Shown here in pieces: positions 18,070 through 27,088 of a stretch of 64,000 bases of DNA. The first letter of the stretch is position 1. Each line of letters begins with the position of its first letter. The notes beneath the pieces were generated by a model. The model made no database searches, had not been told where the DNA came from, and saw only the letters and a program-made list of their open reading frames with translations. This DNA comes from an uncultured bacterium (GTDB lineage: Bacteria > Fermentibacterota > Fermentibacteria > Fermentibacterales > JCC-6). Made by a program: the position numbers and the translations under genes. The stretch is taken from contig CAZNFQ010000001.1 in NCBI GenBank assembly GCA_964571965.1, positions 30,531 to 94,530 of the forward strand. The letters are read 5' to 3'.

Positions 18070-18872
18070 ACAGGCTTTCTGTGGTGATCCCATCCAGAAA
18101 CGGCAGAGAGATACTTGGCAGGTATCTTCATGCTATCCAGAGGGAAACCGCCGACTGCGGAGGAGAACTTCTGGTGGTGGATGACTGCTCCACAGACGGC
18201 ACAAGTGACTATCTGAGAGTTGAACACCCATCTGTAAAGATCATTGAAAGAACGGATGAACCTGCCTTCTGCAGAGCAGTTAACCTGGGCATGGCAAAGT
18301 CTTCAGGCTCCTATCTGCTCCTTCTGAACAACGATACCATACCTGAAAAGGGTAGCTTCAAAGCTCTTCTGAGGAAGCTTCAGAACGCAGATGAACTCAC
18401 CGCCGTTGCCGTTCCTTCGATCCCAAGGCCGGACGGTACCGATGACAGTCTATTCAGAGTGGGAGTGGTGCGGGGTCTGGCAGTTACCGGACAGACAGTC
18501 TCCGGTGATCCCTATCCCTCAGGCGCCTGCGCCCTCTGGCGAAGGGAAGCCTGGGAGGCCCTGGGAGGTCTGGACTTCAGATACGCCCCCATATACTGGG
18601 AAGACGCTGACATGGGGATCAGGATGCTGAATATGGGTTATTCCATGCTTCTCTGTCCGGAAATTGCCGTTGCTCATATCCATGCATCTACAATGGGGTC
18701 GTCTGATGAGACCAGGACTCTCCGTGAACGTAACCGCTTCATCTTCATGGACGCCCATGGTCTTAATCCGGGAATGTGGCTGCCCGTTCATCTGTTCTCT
18801 GCTCTTCTGAAGCGGAACGGACACTTCCTGAAAGGTTATGCTGCCTACCTCAGATGGAGGAGGAGCAGGTGA
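18066..18872 (+). CDS. Glycosyltransferase family 2
   Basis: LSVVIPSRNGREIL...LLVVDDCSTDGT...LLLLNNDT...YWEDADMGIRM are classic GT2 motifs. GTGA overlap at the start. Confidence 0.85.
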   Translation: MNRLSVVIPSRNGREILGRYLHAIQRETADCGGELLVVDDCSTDGTSDYLRVEHPSVKIIERTDEPAFCRAVNLGMAKSSGSYLLLLNNDTIPEKGSFKALLRKLQNADELTAVAVPSIPRPDGTDDSLFRVGVVRGLAVTGQTVSGDPYPSGACALWRREAWEALGGLDFRYAPIYWEDADMGIRMLNMGYSMLLCPEIAVAHIHASTMGSSDETRTLRERNRFIFMDAHGLNPGMWLPVHLFSALLKRNGHFLKGYAAYLRWRRSR

Positions 18873-20494
18873 AAAAAGGCGCAGGCAGATTCATTCTCGG
18901 TATCGAAGGACTTACGGCACTGGTTACCGGTGCATCGGCACTTGTTGCCTTCGTTTCTGCCCTGGTCCTCTGGATCGTCATAACAGATGCCCGTTCCACC
19001 ATCGAGGCCTCATCACTGGCCAGGGCCGAAAGCATATACTCTGCTCTGGGTTCCAGACCTTCCCAGAGCAAGCTGGAATCGCTTGTAAGTTCTACTGTTC
19101 CAGGCGGAGGTGTAAGGTCTGTTGCAGTTGCTTCAGGCGATGAAATAACTGCTTCGTACCCCCCGGTCTCACGGGAAGAGATCTTCCGTGAAAACACCGT
19201 GTGCTACACAGGTTCCAGAGGATACACCATCTACCTTCTCATGGAGCTGTCTCCGGTTCTTGTGCAGGGTGGGCCTGTGGTTTTTCTCCTTGTTATCATG
19301 GGCCTTTTCCTTACGGCAGTTGCCATTCTTGTTCCCTCTTACCTCAGAAGAAGGGTTCTGGAACCTCTCAGAAGCATACTCGGGCAGGCTGACCGGGTGG
19401 AGAAGGGCAGCGGCAGGTCAGCGGAAACAGCCGGAGCATCCTTCAGAAAACTCGTGGACCTTCTTGCCCGAAAGGACAGAGAGCTGGACACGATGCGCCG
19501 GGAGGCTCTGGCGAGAGCTGAAACCGCAGAATCAAGATCAGGCGCTGTCCTGGAGGCAATGGGCTCCGCGGTGATAGTGCTCAACAGGAATAACCTGCCT
19601 ACAATGTGGAACGCAAGAGCCTGCGAGATATTCGGTCCCATACAGAAGGGGGCCGGTTCTTCTCTGCTCACCGATGTTCTTTCACCCTTCACTCAGAGGG
19701 GCATTGAAGAATGGGACGGCGACAGCGGCGGAAGAACCTACCGTTACAGAGTCACAACCAGCCAGACCGGAGAGAAGGTGGTTCTTGCAACTGACGTAAC
19801 CGCCTCACTGGCTCTTGAAAGAAAACTCACGGAAGAAAGCGCTCTGGCGGACCTTGGAGCTCTCTCCGCAGGTGTTGCCCACGAGATAGGCAATGCTCTC
19901 TGTGCCCTGGAGGGTTTCATGCAGCTTCTGGGAAGGGGCAGCGATTCCGCAAGGACCAGGGAAATACTGCAGGAAGCCGAATACGAACTTGCATCCGCCG
20001 GTAAGATCGTGGAGTCTTTCAGGAACCTGGCGCAGCAGAACAGCATCGAAAGTACCATGAGCTGCAGAGAAGCTGCAGATTCTATCAGGGGTTTGTGCGA
20101 AACCTGCTCGGTGGTTTTCAGAACAGACTCGAAAATGGATGAAAACGTTTCCATACCGGGATCCGCGGTGATAATTGGAAGAATACTGGGCAACCTTGTA
20201 AACAACGCTCTGAGGTATTCTTCCCCTGACAGCATTACGGTCACGGCGGAATGCAGGGGGGAAGAAACTTTTATATTCTCCGTTAAGGACGACGGGCCGG
20301 GTCTTCCCCCGGACCCGGAAGTGGTTTTCAGACCCATGTATACCACAGAGGGGGACAAAGGGGGTATGGGTCTCGGCCTTACAATAACAAGACGACTGGT
20401 AAGGGCCATGGGAGGTACGGTGAAGGCTTGCACCGGAAATGAAGGAGGCGCGGTTTTCACAGTTGCCATTCCTGTTTCCAGGGAGGACACATGA
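18869..20494 (+). CDS. Sensor histidine kinase (NtrB/AtoS-like)
   Basis: Two TM segments, a PAS-like region, H-box GVAHEIGNALCAL, N/G boxes LGNLVNNALRY and GGMGLGLTITRRL. GTG 18869 has GGAGG 5 nt upstream and overlaps the GT2 stop (GTGA). ATG 18854 is the alternative. Confidence 0.9.
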   Translation: MKKGAGRFILGIEGLTALVTGASALVAFVSALVLWIVITDARSTIEASSLARAESIYSALGSRPSQSKLESLVSSTVPGGGVRSVAVASGDEITASYPPVSREEIFRENTVCYTGSRGYTIYLLMELSPVLVQGGPVVFLLVIMGLFLTAVAILVPSYLRRRVLEPLRSILGQADRVEKGSGRSAETAGASFRKLVDLLARKDRELDTMRREALARAETAESRSGAVLEAMGSAVIVLNRNNLPTMWNARACEIFGPIQKGAGSSLLTDVLSPFTQRGIEEWDGDSGGRTYRYRVTTSQTGEKVVLATDVTASLALERKLTEESALADLGALSAGVAHEIGNALCALEGFMQLLGRGSDSARTREILQEAEYELASAGKIVESFRNLAQQNSIESTMSCREAADSIRGLCETCSVVFRTDSKMDENVSIPGSAVIIGRILGNLVNNALRYSSPDSITVTAECRGEETFIFSVKDDGPGLPPDPEVVFRPMYTTEGDKGGMGLGLTITRRLVRAMGGTVKACTGNEGGAVFTVAIPVSREDT

Positions 20495-21771
20495 GAAAAA
20501 TACTTCTCGTGGAGGACAAAAGGGGCATGCGGACCATGCTTACAACGGCCCTTTCCGAAGAGGGCTGGAATGTAACCGCTGTACAGGATGGCATGAGGGC
20601 CCTTGCATCTTTGAAAACTGAAAAATTCCATGTGCTTCTCACCGACGTTTGTCTTCCCGGAGACATTAACGGGCTGGATGTTCTAAGAGCCTCTCCTCCC
20701 GGTCTTCCCGCTGTTGTAATGACAGCCTTCGGAACCATCGACCTGGCGGTGCAGGCAATGAAGATGGGAGCCTGCGATTTCATAAGCAAACCCTTCGAAC
20801 TGGATGAGCTCATTGAGAAACTCGGCGCTGTGTGCAGACATTCCTCAGACTTCATGCTCGGCGGCTCACCCGGGTTCACCAAAGTACTCGAAAGAGCTGA
20901 AAGGGCCGCCGGCAGCGGTATGAACATTCTCGTATCCGGTGAAAGCGGAACCGGAAAAGAGCTTCTCGCCCGCAGAATTCACCAGCTGAGCAGACGGAAG
21001 GACGGCCCCTTCATCCCGGTGAACTGCGCCGCCATACCCGAGAATCTCATGGAAAGCGAACTTTTCGGAGCGGAAAAGGGGGCATATACCGGTTCATCCG
21101 AGGCCAGACCGGGCCGTTTCACAATGGCAATGGGGGGCATGATCTTTCTGGATGAGATCGGTGATCTGGGGCTTGCCCTTCAGGGCAAACTTCTCAGAGT
21201 ACTGGAATCAGGCACATATCATTCAGTGGGCAGGGCGGAGGAACTCAGTACTGACGCTCTGGTCATATCCGCCAGCAACAGAGATCTCCGGGAGATGGTC
21301 ACCGCGGGAAAATTCAGGGAAGATCTCTTCTACAGGATCGCTGAATTTCCCCTTGAACTGCCTCCGCTCAGGGAGAGGGGGGAAGACCTGGAACTGCTGG
21401 CAACGCATTTCAAGGAAAGATACGGAGGGAAGGACTTCACTCCCGGAGCACTTTATCTTCTGAAGACTTATCCCTGGCCGGGGAATATACGTGAGATGCG
21501 CAACCATATCAGAAGGGCCTGTATCAATTCCAGGGACGGCATCATTACGGCTGATCTTCTCGAAATCACCCTGAAGGATGAAGGCGGAATGTGTACCGGT
21601 TCCCTTCTGGAAGAATCGGCAATGGCGGCGAAGAAACGGGAGTTCGAACTCATATCAGGGGCACTGAAGGAAACGGACGGCAACAGAACCAGGGCTGCGG
21701 AACTGCTGGGAGTGAGTTACAGAACCCTGCTGAACAAGCTGAAGGAAATGGAGCAGAAGCCCCATGGATAA
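20491..21771 (+). CDS. Sigma-54-dependent response regulator (NtrC family)
   Basis: Receiver domain (KILLVEDK...LLTDVCLPG), AAA+ Walker A GESGTGKE, sigma-54 contact loop ELFGAEKGAYTGS, C-terminal Fis-type HTH AAELLGVSYRTLLNKLKE. Confidence 0.93.
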   Translation: MRKILLVEDKRGMRTMLTTALSEEGWNVTAVQDGMRALASLKTEKFHVLLTDVCLPGDINGLDVLRASPPGLPAVVMTAFGTIDLAVQAMKMGACDFISKPFELDELIEKLGAVCRHSSDFMLGGSPGFTKVLERAERAAGSGMNILVSGESGTGKELLARRIHQLSRRKDGPFIPVNCAAIPENLMESELFGAEKGAYTGSSEARPGRFTMAMGGMIFLDEIGDLGLALQGKLLRVLESGTYHSVGRAEELSTDALVISASNRDLREMVTAGKFREDLFYRIAEFPLELPPLRERGEDLELLATHFKERYGGKDFTPGALYLLKTYPWPGNIREMRNHIRRACINSRDGIITADLLEITLKDEGGMCTGSLLEESAMAAKKREFELISGALKETDGNRTRAAELLGVSYRTLLNKLKEMEQKPHG

Positions 21772-22432
21772 AGCAGTCATTCTTCTCAGCGGAGGGCTGG
21801 ACTCCACCACGGTTGCCGCAATGGTAAGTTCCATGGGGATGGAGATCCATGCCCTTTCTTTCAGTTACGGTCAGAGACACACCATAGAACTGGATATGGC
21901 TGTAAGGACAGCAGCCAGATATCAGGCACAGGAACACGTTATCATCGATCTGGATCCGGAACCCTTCAGGGGTTCCTCTCTAACCGGGGATGGCGATGTT
22001 CCAACCTCCGGTATAACAGGCGAGATCCCGTCCACATACGTTCCTGCCAGAAACACGGTATTTCTGTCCTTTGCCCTGGGAATAGCCGAAACCAGAGATG
22101 CAGGCCATATATTCACAGGGGTGAATGCCGTTGACTACAGCGGTTATCCGGACTGCAGACCGGAATACATTGAAGCCTTCAGGAAGCTTTCTGCCCTTGC
22201 AACCAGGACCGCCGTTCTGGGCCGGCCTCCGGTTATACACGCTCCCCTCATGCACATGACCAAGGCAGAGATAATAAGGAAAGGGCTTGAACTGGGAGTT
22301 GATTACAGCAATACCATAAGCTGCTACAATCCGAATTCAGCCGGATTAAGCTGCGGGACCTGCGATTCCTGCAGGCTGAGGCTCAGGGCCTTCATGGAAA
22401 ACGGAATGAAGGATCCGGCTCCCTATGCCTGA
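21764..22432 (+). CDS. queC: 7-cyano-7-deazaguanine synthase QueC
   Basis: PP-loop AVILLSGGLDSTT and C-terminal zinc cluster CYNP...CGTCDSCRLR. Confidence 0.93.
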   Translation: MDKAVILLSGGLDSTTVAAMVSSMGMEIHALSFSYGQRHTIELDMAVRTAARYQAQEHVIIDLDPEPFRGSSLTGDGDVPTSGITGEIPSTYVPARNTVFLSFALGIAETRDAGHIFTGVNAVDYSGYPDCRPEYIEAFRKLSALATRTAVLGRPPVIHAPLMHMTKAEIIRKGLELGVDYSNTISCYNPNSAGLSCGTCDSCRLRLRAFMENGMKDPAPYA

Positions 22433-23027
22433 CTATCTCGTTAAGGAGATACACCTTACACTGCAGGGTGAAGGAGCAAACACAGGCAGAACGGTGGTCC
22501 TCCTTCGTTTCGCCGGATGCAACCTTTCCTGCTCCTGGTGCGATACCGATCATTCCCCGGTCCATCCGGGTGTCAGGGGCGGGGTTTATTCCGATCCGGA
22601 CCGACTGGCAGACTCCATTCTAAGCCTGTGGCCCCGGAACAGTGACCATCCTGTGGTTCTCTGCACCGGTGGAGAACCTCTGCTTCAGCTTGACCCGCCA
22701 CTTGTGGACAGGCTAAGAAGCAGGAATGCTGAGATCCTTCTGGAAACCAATGGGACGATTGAGGTCCCGGATGGTATTGACTGGGTCTGCGTAAGTCCCA
22801 AAAATGACCGTGCAGTGGTGACAAAAGGCGATGAAGTGAAGCTTGTTTGGCCTTCGGAGTCCATTGATCCTGACTTGTGGATAAAAAGGGATTTCAGGTA
22901 TTTCTGGCTTCAGCCCCTTTACGGAAACGAATACGAAAAGAACCTGGAAAAGTGCATCAGACGGTGCATCGAAGACCCGCGCTGGCGGCTCGGGCTTCAG
23001 ACTCACAGATTCACAGGCATTCCATAG
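22425..23027 (+). CDS. queE: 7-carboxy-7-deazaguanine synthase QueE (radical SAM)
   Basis: EIHLTLQGEGANTGRTVVLLRFAGCNLSCSWCDT is the QueE radical-SAM cluster motif. Sits between queC and queD. Confidence 0.9.
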   Translation: MPDYLVKEIHLTLQGEGANTGRTVVLLRFAGCNLSCSWCDTDHSPVHPGVRGGVYSDPDRLADSILSLWPRNSDHPVVLCTGGEPLLQLDPPLVDRLRSRNAEILLETNGTIEVPDGIDWVCVSPKNDRAVVTKGDEVKLVWPSESIDPDLWIKRDFRYFWLQPLYGNEYEKNLEKCIRRCIEDPRWRLGLQTHRFTGIP

Positions 23028-23035
23028 GAGACAAA

Positions 23036-23389
23036 ATGGAGATCTACCGAGAGTTCACGTTCGATGCTGCCCATTGTCTGTCAGCCCTTCCTGATACTCA
23101 CAGATGCAGCGCATTGCATGGTCATACTTTTTCCGTTACAGTTCATCTTGAAGGCGAAACTGATCCTGAAATGGGATGGGTAAGGGACTACGGCGAAATA
23201 AAGGAAATATGCTCACCTGTGATAGAAATACTGGATCACTCCTATCTGAATGATGTACCCGGTCTGGAGAATCCCACAAGCGAGAATATCGCAGTGTGGC
23301 TGTGGAACAGGATCAAACCCGGATTACCCGAGCTCTCCATGATAGAAGTTAAGGAAACACCGGGGACGGGCTGCAGGTACAGGGGATGA
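23036..23389 (+). CDS. queD: 6-carboxy-5,6,7,8-tetrahydropterin synthase QueD
   Basis: MEIYREFTFDAAHCL...LHGHTFSVTVHLEGE has the zinc-binding His residues of PTPS/QueD. ATG 23036 follows AGGAG. The ORF-track start at 22877 lies inside queE. Confidence 0.92.
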   Translation: MEIYREFTFDAAHCLSALPDTHRCSALHGHTFSVTVHLEGETDPEMGWVRDYGEIKEICSPVIEILDHSYLNDVPGLENPTSENIAVWLWNRIKPGLPELSMIEVKETPGTGCRYRG

Positions 23390-24183
23390 AAGACATTCAG
23401 AACCAGAGGGATAACAGGAACATTCCCCTGAAGGAAGCGGGAATCACAGACCTGAGATATCCCATTAAAATACTGGACAAAGAGAACAAAGAGCAGAACA
23501 CCATTGCTGATATATCAATGTCAGTCAGCCTTCCCCATGATTTCAAAGGCACTCACATGAGCCGTTTCATCGAGGTTCTTGGTGAAACAGGCTGCCGTTT
23601 CCACGGGAAGACCATCCCGCTTATACTGAAAAAGCTGAAGAAGAAACTCCATGCTGAAAAAGCAGCTGTGAGAATATCTTTTCCGTATTTTCTCACAAGG
23701 AAAGCTCCAGTTTCAGGGGCCCATGCAAAAATGGGCTACTCCTGCGTTTTCACCGGGAAAACACGGGGAGCGGAAGACGATTTCATTCTTACCGTTACAG
23801 TTCCTGTGAGTACGCTCTGTCCCTGCAGCAAAGAGATAAGCCTGAAGGGTGCCCACAATCAGCGGGGTTACGTTACAATGGACGTGCGAACGCGGCCACT
23901 CGAGGACGGCACTTTCGAGCTGCTCTGGATAGAGGAACTTGTGGAAATAGCAGAGAATTCCGCATCATCCCCACTTTACACAATACTGAAGCGTCCTGAC
24001 GAGAAGTTCGTCACCGAACAGGCTTATGACAATCCTGTATTCGTGGAAGACATAGTTAGAAGTGTATCCGAGAAACTCATGGATGATCCGCGGGTGGTCT
24101 GGTTCAAGGTCAGGGCCGAAAACCATGAAAGCATACACAATCACAATGCATATGCCGTTGTTTCCTGGAGCCGCCCTCAGTGA
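23386..24183 (+). CDS. folE2: GTP cyclohydrolase IB (FolE2/MptA family)
   Basis: 265 aa. DIQNQRDNRNIPLKEAGITDLRYPI...GTHMSRF...LCPCSKEIS...HNQR matches the FolE2 pattern. Position in the que cluster fits the first step of preQ1 synthesis. Confidence 0.85.
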   Translation: MKDIQNQRDNRNIPLKEAGITDLRYPIKILDKENKEQNTIADISMSVSLPHDFKGTHMSRFIEVLGETGCRFHGKTIPLILKKLKKKLHAEKAAVRISFPYFLTRKAPVSGAHAKMGYSCVFTGKTRGAEDDFILTVTVPVSTLCPCSKEISLKGAHNQRGYVTMDVRTRPLEDGTFELLWIEELVEIAENSASSPLYTILKRPDEKFVTEQAYDNPVFVEDIVRSVSEKLMDDPRVVWFKVRAENHESIHNHNAYAVVSWSRPQ

Positions 24184-24572
24184 TTCCTGTACTCAGCCTC
24201 AACTGAGATACCTATTCCGCCCCTTACGCCGAAATCTGCCACAACTCTGCACCACCTTGGCTTCAGAGCCTCTACGAGATCTGAAAGGATCAGGTTCGCG
24301 GCATGCTCATGAAATATCCCCCTGTTCCTGTATGTGCCTATATACAGTTTCAGTGATTTCGATTCCACTATGCTCAGGTCGGGGATGTAAGTAATGGTGA
24401 TCATGGCAAAATCAGGCTGCCCGGTCATGGGGCATACGCAGGTGAATTCATTTGTTGAGAGGGTAACGGTATAGTCTCTTTCAGGATTCCTGTTGGGAAA
24501 TGTTTCAAGTCCGCTGAACTCCGCGGTGTTATCCCCGAGAAGGGTCAGTCCGTGGTTATCTTCGGATGTCAT
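24177..24572 (-). CDS. queF: NADPH-dependent 7-cyano-7-deazaguanine reductase QueF (type I)
   Basis: FTCVCPMTGQPDFAMITITYIPD...ESKSLKLY...FHE are QueF catalytic Cys and signature motifs. Convergent with folE2 (7-nt overlap). Confidence 0.93.
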   Translation of the reverse strand: MTSEDNHGLTLLGDNTAEFSGLETFPNRNPERDYTVTLSTNEFTCVCPMTGQPDFAMITITYIPDLSIVESKSLKLYIGTYRNRGIFHEHAANLILSDLVEALKPRWCRVVADFGVRGGIGISVEAEYRNH

Positions 24573-27075
24573 CTTTGCTCTCCTTTCTCAGCTCATCAGC
24601 TATGATGCGGACAAGATCATTTATTGCATAGGGCTTGCTCAGCATTCTGTGCCTGCCGGACAGCACCGAAAGACTGTCGCCGGCGTAGCCTGACGTAAAG
24701 ATTACCGGCACGTGAAAACCTGCCGAGCATATCTTCCTGTAAGCGTCCGGACCATTGAGAACGGGCATGACCACGTCGAATACAAGAATGTCCACGGATT
24801 CCGGCCTGGACAGGAAGATGTCCACTGCCTCACTTCCGTCTGCCGCTTTCAGAACTTTGATACCGGAAGCCATCAGACCTTCCATGGTCAGTTTTCTTAC
24901 CTGGGTATCATCCTCCGCAAGAAGAACAGTTACCGAGGAAACATCTGCCGGATATTCGGAATACTCCACGGATCTCTCCGCAACACTCACTTCAGACCCA
25001 TCACAGATCGGGAAGTACAGGGATATCTCGAAACCCCTTTCGGGAAGGTTACCTGCCTGAATCGCTCCACCGTGTGATTCCATTATTCCAAGAACGGTTG
25101 ATAGACCAAGACCGGTTCCCCTGTCTATCTGTTTGGTGGTGTAGAAAGGCTCGAAGATCATGCTGTGTTTCTCCGGTGGGATCCCCGGGCCCGAATCCCT
25201 AACCGTAAGTGACAGATAGCGTCCGGGGTGGATGGTTCCCGCCAGAAGCCTGCTGGTCTCTTCGCAAAGGTGCTCTCTCAGGACTATCTCTATTTGTCCG
25301 CCTTCCGGCATGGCATCCCTGGAGTTTATGCACAGGTTCATGAGAACCTGTTCTATCTGACCGGCATCACCCATTACAGGCGGCATGTTCTCCGGTATGT
25401 CCGGAGAGATTACGATGTTTTCCTCCATTATCCTCTTGAGAAGCTTCAGGAAGTTCAGTGTGGTTCCGGAAAGGTCGAGAATTTTAAGTTCCGGTGTTTT
25501 ATCCCTGCTGAACAGCAGAAGCTGCCTGACAAGTTCCCTTCCCTTCTTCGATGCATCGAGGATAGGTTTGGCCAGATCGCATGTTACACGATCATTTTCA
25601 GAGACTTTCTTCAGAATTTCAGTGTATCCCATTATCACGTGCAGAAGGTTGTTGAAATCGTGTGCCACCCCTCCTGCGAGCCTTCCGATGCTCTCCATCT
25701 TCTGTGACTGAAGGTCCTCGATCTCTTTTTCCATGAGATCGAGCTCTTTTTCCTTTATCACCGTTGTCTCGTAGAGAATCCCCGTTATTTCCACAGGGGT
25801 TCCCCCGGAGTCCTCGTCGCTTATCCTGGCACCGGTATTGAACCATCTCTTAATGCCGTCAAAGCCTGTATAGCTTACTTCTCCGAAGATGCTGCGCCTT
25901 GTTCCCGTCTGAAGCTCCGAGAATGCAGGCTGCAAATCGGAAGACATCTCCGTACCGAGAAGAAAGTGCGAGAAAAGAGGGGGCTTCTCCTCAGGTGAGT
26001 ATTTGAGAAGACGGAAGAAATCTTCATCGGCCATGAGTTCGTCCCGTATGAGATCCGCTTTCCAGAGAACGGCACCTGAAGCATCCAGGGCCAGCTTCAG
26101 CTGATCGATTCTACGCTGAAGAGCGATCTCGGTATTCACCAGTCTGGTTATATCCACAGAAATGACGAGGGTGCAGTTCCTGCCCCTGTAGAAAAGCTCT
26201 CTTGCATGGATTAGAAAGGTCAGTTTTCCCCGCTCTCCAACAACTATCTCCATTGGAATGGCATCGGGTTTATCCCCTTCTGCCACCCTGTTCAGAAACT
26301 CAGTTATGGGTCCGCGGCTTTCAGGGGCCACAATATCGAGAAGATCGCTGTTTCCCGGATCGAATCTGGTAAAACCGAATCTGTTCAGCAGGGAGGTATT
26401 GATGTATACGATCTCAGTTCCGTCCAGAACCGTAATCCCGATGTTCCTGTCCAGTGATATTTCTTCGAAAAGGTCACTTACTTCCTGAAGTCTGCTCAGG
26501 GTTTCCTGATGCAGCGCCTCCCGGTTTCTGATGAGAAAAATGGCCAGAATGGACAGAATGGACCCTGCAGTGAGGGGAATGAAGGTTTCCCTGAGAACTG
26601 TCATTGCTATTCCACCGGGAAGGGTGAGTATCCATATGTAGTATATGAAAGCTGATCCGATTCCCGCGATAACCTGAAAAAGTATGCCTGAGGATTTCTT
26701 CTGGAACATCCGCAGTATCATTCCGAAGAAGAATGCGCTGAAGATTATCCCGATTCCGGCGTTCATTCCCGCTCCACCTATGAACAGACGGTATAAGAGC
26801 AGTGGAACAATTGTTATCAGCCCCACGACGGGACCGCCGGTGAGCACCGCCACCACGATAATGGGGGTACGCATGTCTATGAGTACCAGTGGACGGACTT
26901 CCACGCTGAACATCATTGCAAGGATCCCGCAGAGGGCGAATGCAATGCCCTGGATCAGCCAGCTTCTGCCGCGGCTGCCCAGCAATTTCCATCTGGAAAA
27001 TCTGGTGACCATAAGAAAGGCCAGAACCAGAAGAGATGCGTTCTGTATAAGAGCTTTCAAAACCTCGGTTCTCAA
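24556..27075 (-). CDS. Hybrid sensor histidine kinase/response regulator with N-terminal multi-TM (5TMR-LYT-like) sensor
   Basis: 839 aa. A roughly 190-aa polytopic N-terminus, PAS-like repeats, H-box GGVAHDFNNLLHVI, HATPase (GTGLGLSTVLGI) and a C-terminal receiver (VLLAEDD...ILVFDVVMP). TTG start. Its 3' end overlaps the queF start by 17 nt. Confidence 0.9.
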   Translation of the reverse strand: MRTEVLKALIQNASLLVLAFLMVTRFSRWKLLGSRGRSWLIQGIAFALCGILAMMFSVEVRPLVLIDMRTPIIVVAVLTGGPVVGLITIVPLLLYRLFIGGAGMNAGIGIIFSAFFFGMILRMFQKKSSGILFQVIAGIGSAFIYYIWILTLPGGIAMTVLRETFIPLTAGSILSILAIFLIRNREALHQETLSRLQEVSDLFEEISLDRNIGITVLDGTEIVYINTSLLNRFGFTRFDPGNSDLLDIVAPESRGPITEFLNRVAEGDKPDAIPMEIVVGERGKLTFLIHARELFYRGRNCTLVISVDITRLVNTEIALQRRIDQLKLALDASGAVLWKADLIRDELMADEDFFRLLKYSPEEKPPLFSHFLLGTEMSSDLQPAFSELQTGTRRSIFGEVSYTGFDGIKRWFNTGARISDEDSGGTPVEITGILYETTVIKEKELDLMEKEIEDLQSQKMESIGRLAGGVAHDFNNLLHVIMGYTEILKKVSENDRVTCDLAKPILDASKKGRELVRQLLLFSRDKTPELKILDLSGTTLNFLKLLKRIMEENIVISPDIPENMPPVMGDAGQIEQVLMNLCINSRDAMPEGGQIEIVLREHLCEETSRLLAGTIHPGRYLSLTVRDSGPGIPPEKHSMIFEPFYTTKQIDRGTGLGLSTVLGIMESHGGAIQAGNLPERGFEISLYFPICDGSEVSVAERSVEYSEYPADVSSVTVLLAEDDTQVRKLTMEGLMASGIKVLKAADGSEAVDIFLSRPESVDILVFDVVMPVLNGPDAYRKICSAGFHVPVIFTSGYAGDSLSVLSGRHRMLSKPYAINDLVRIIADELRKESKDDIRR

Positions 27076-27088
27076 TGCAAGCTCCGGT

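Noticed and set aside
21700-21770. preQ1 riboswitch upstream of queC
   Set aside because: The queC start overlaps the upstream regulator gene by 8 nt, so no non-coding leader exists.
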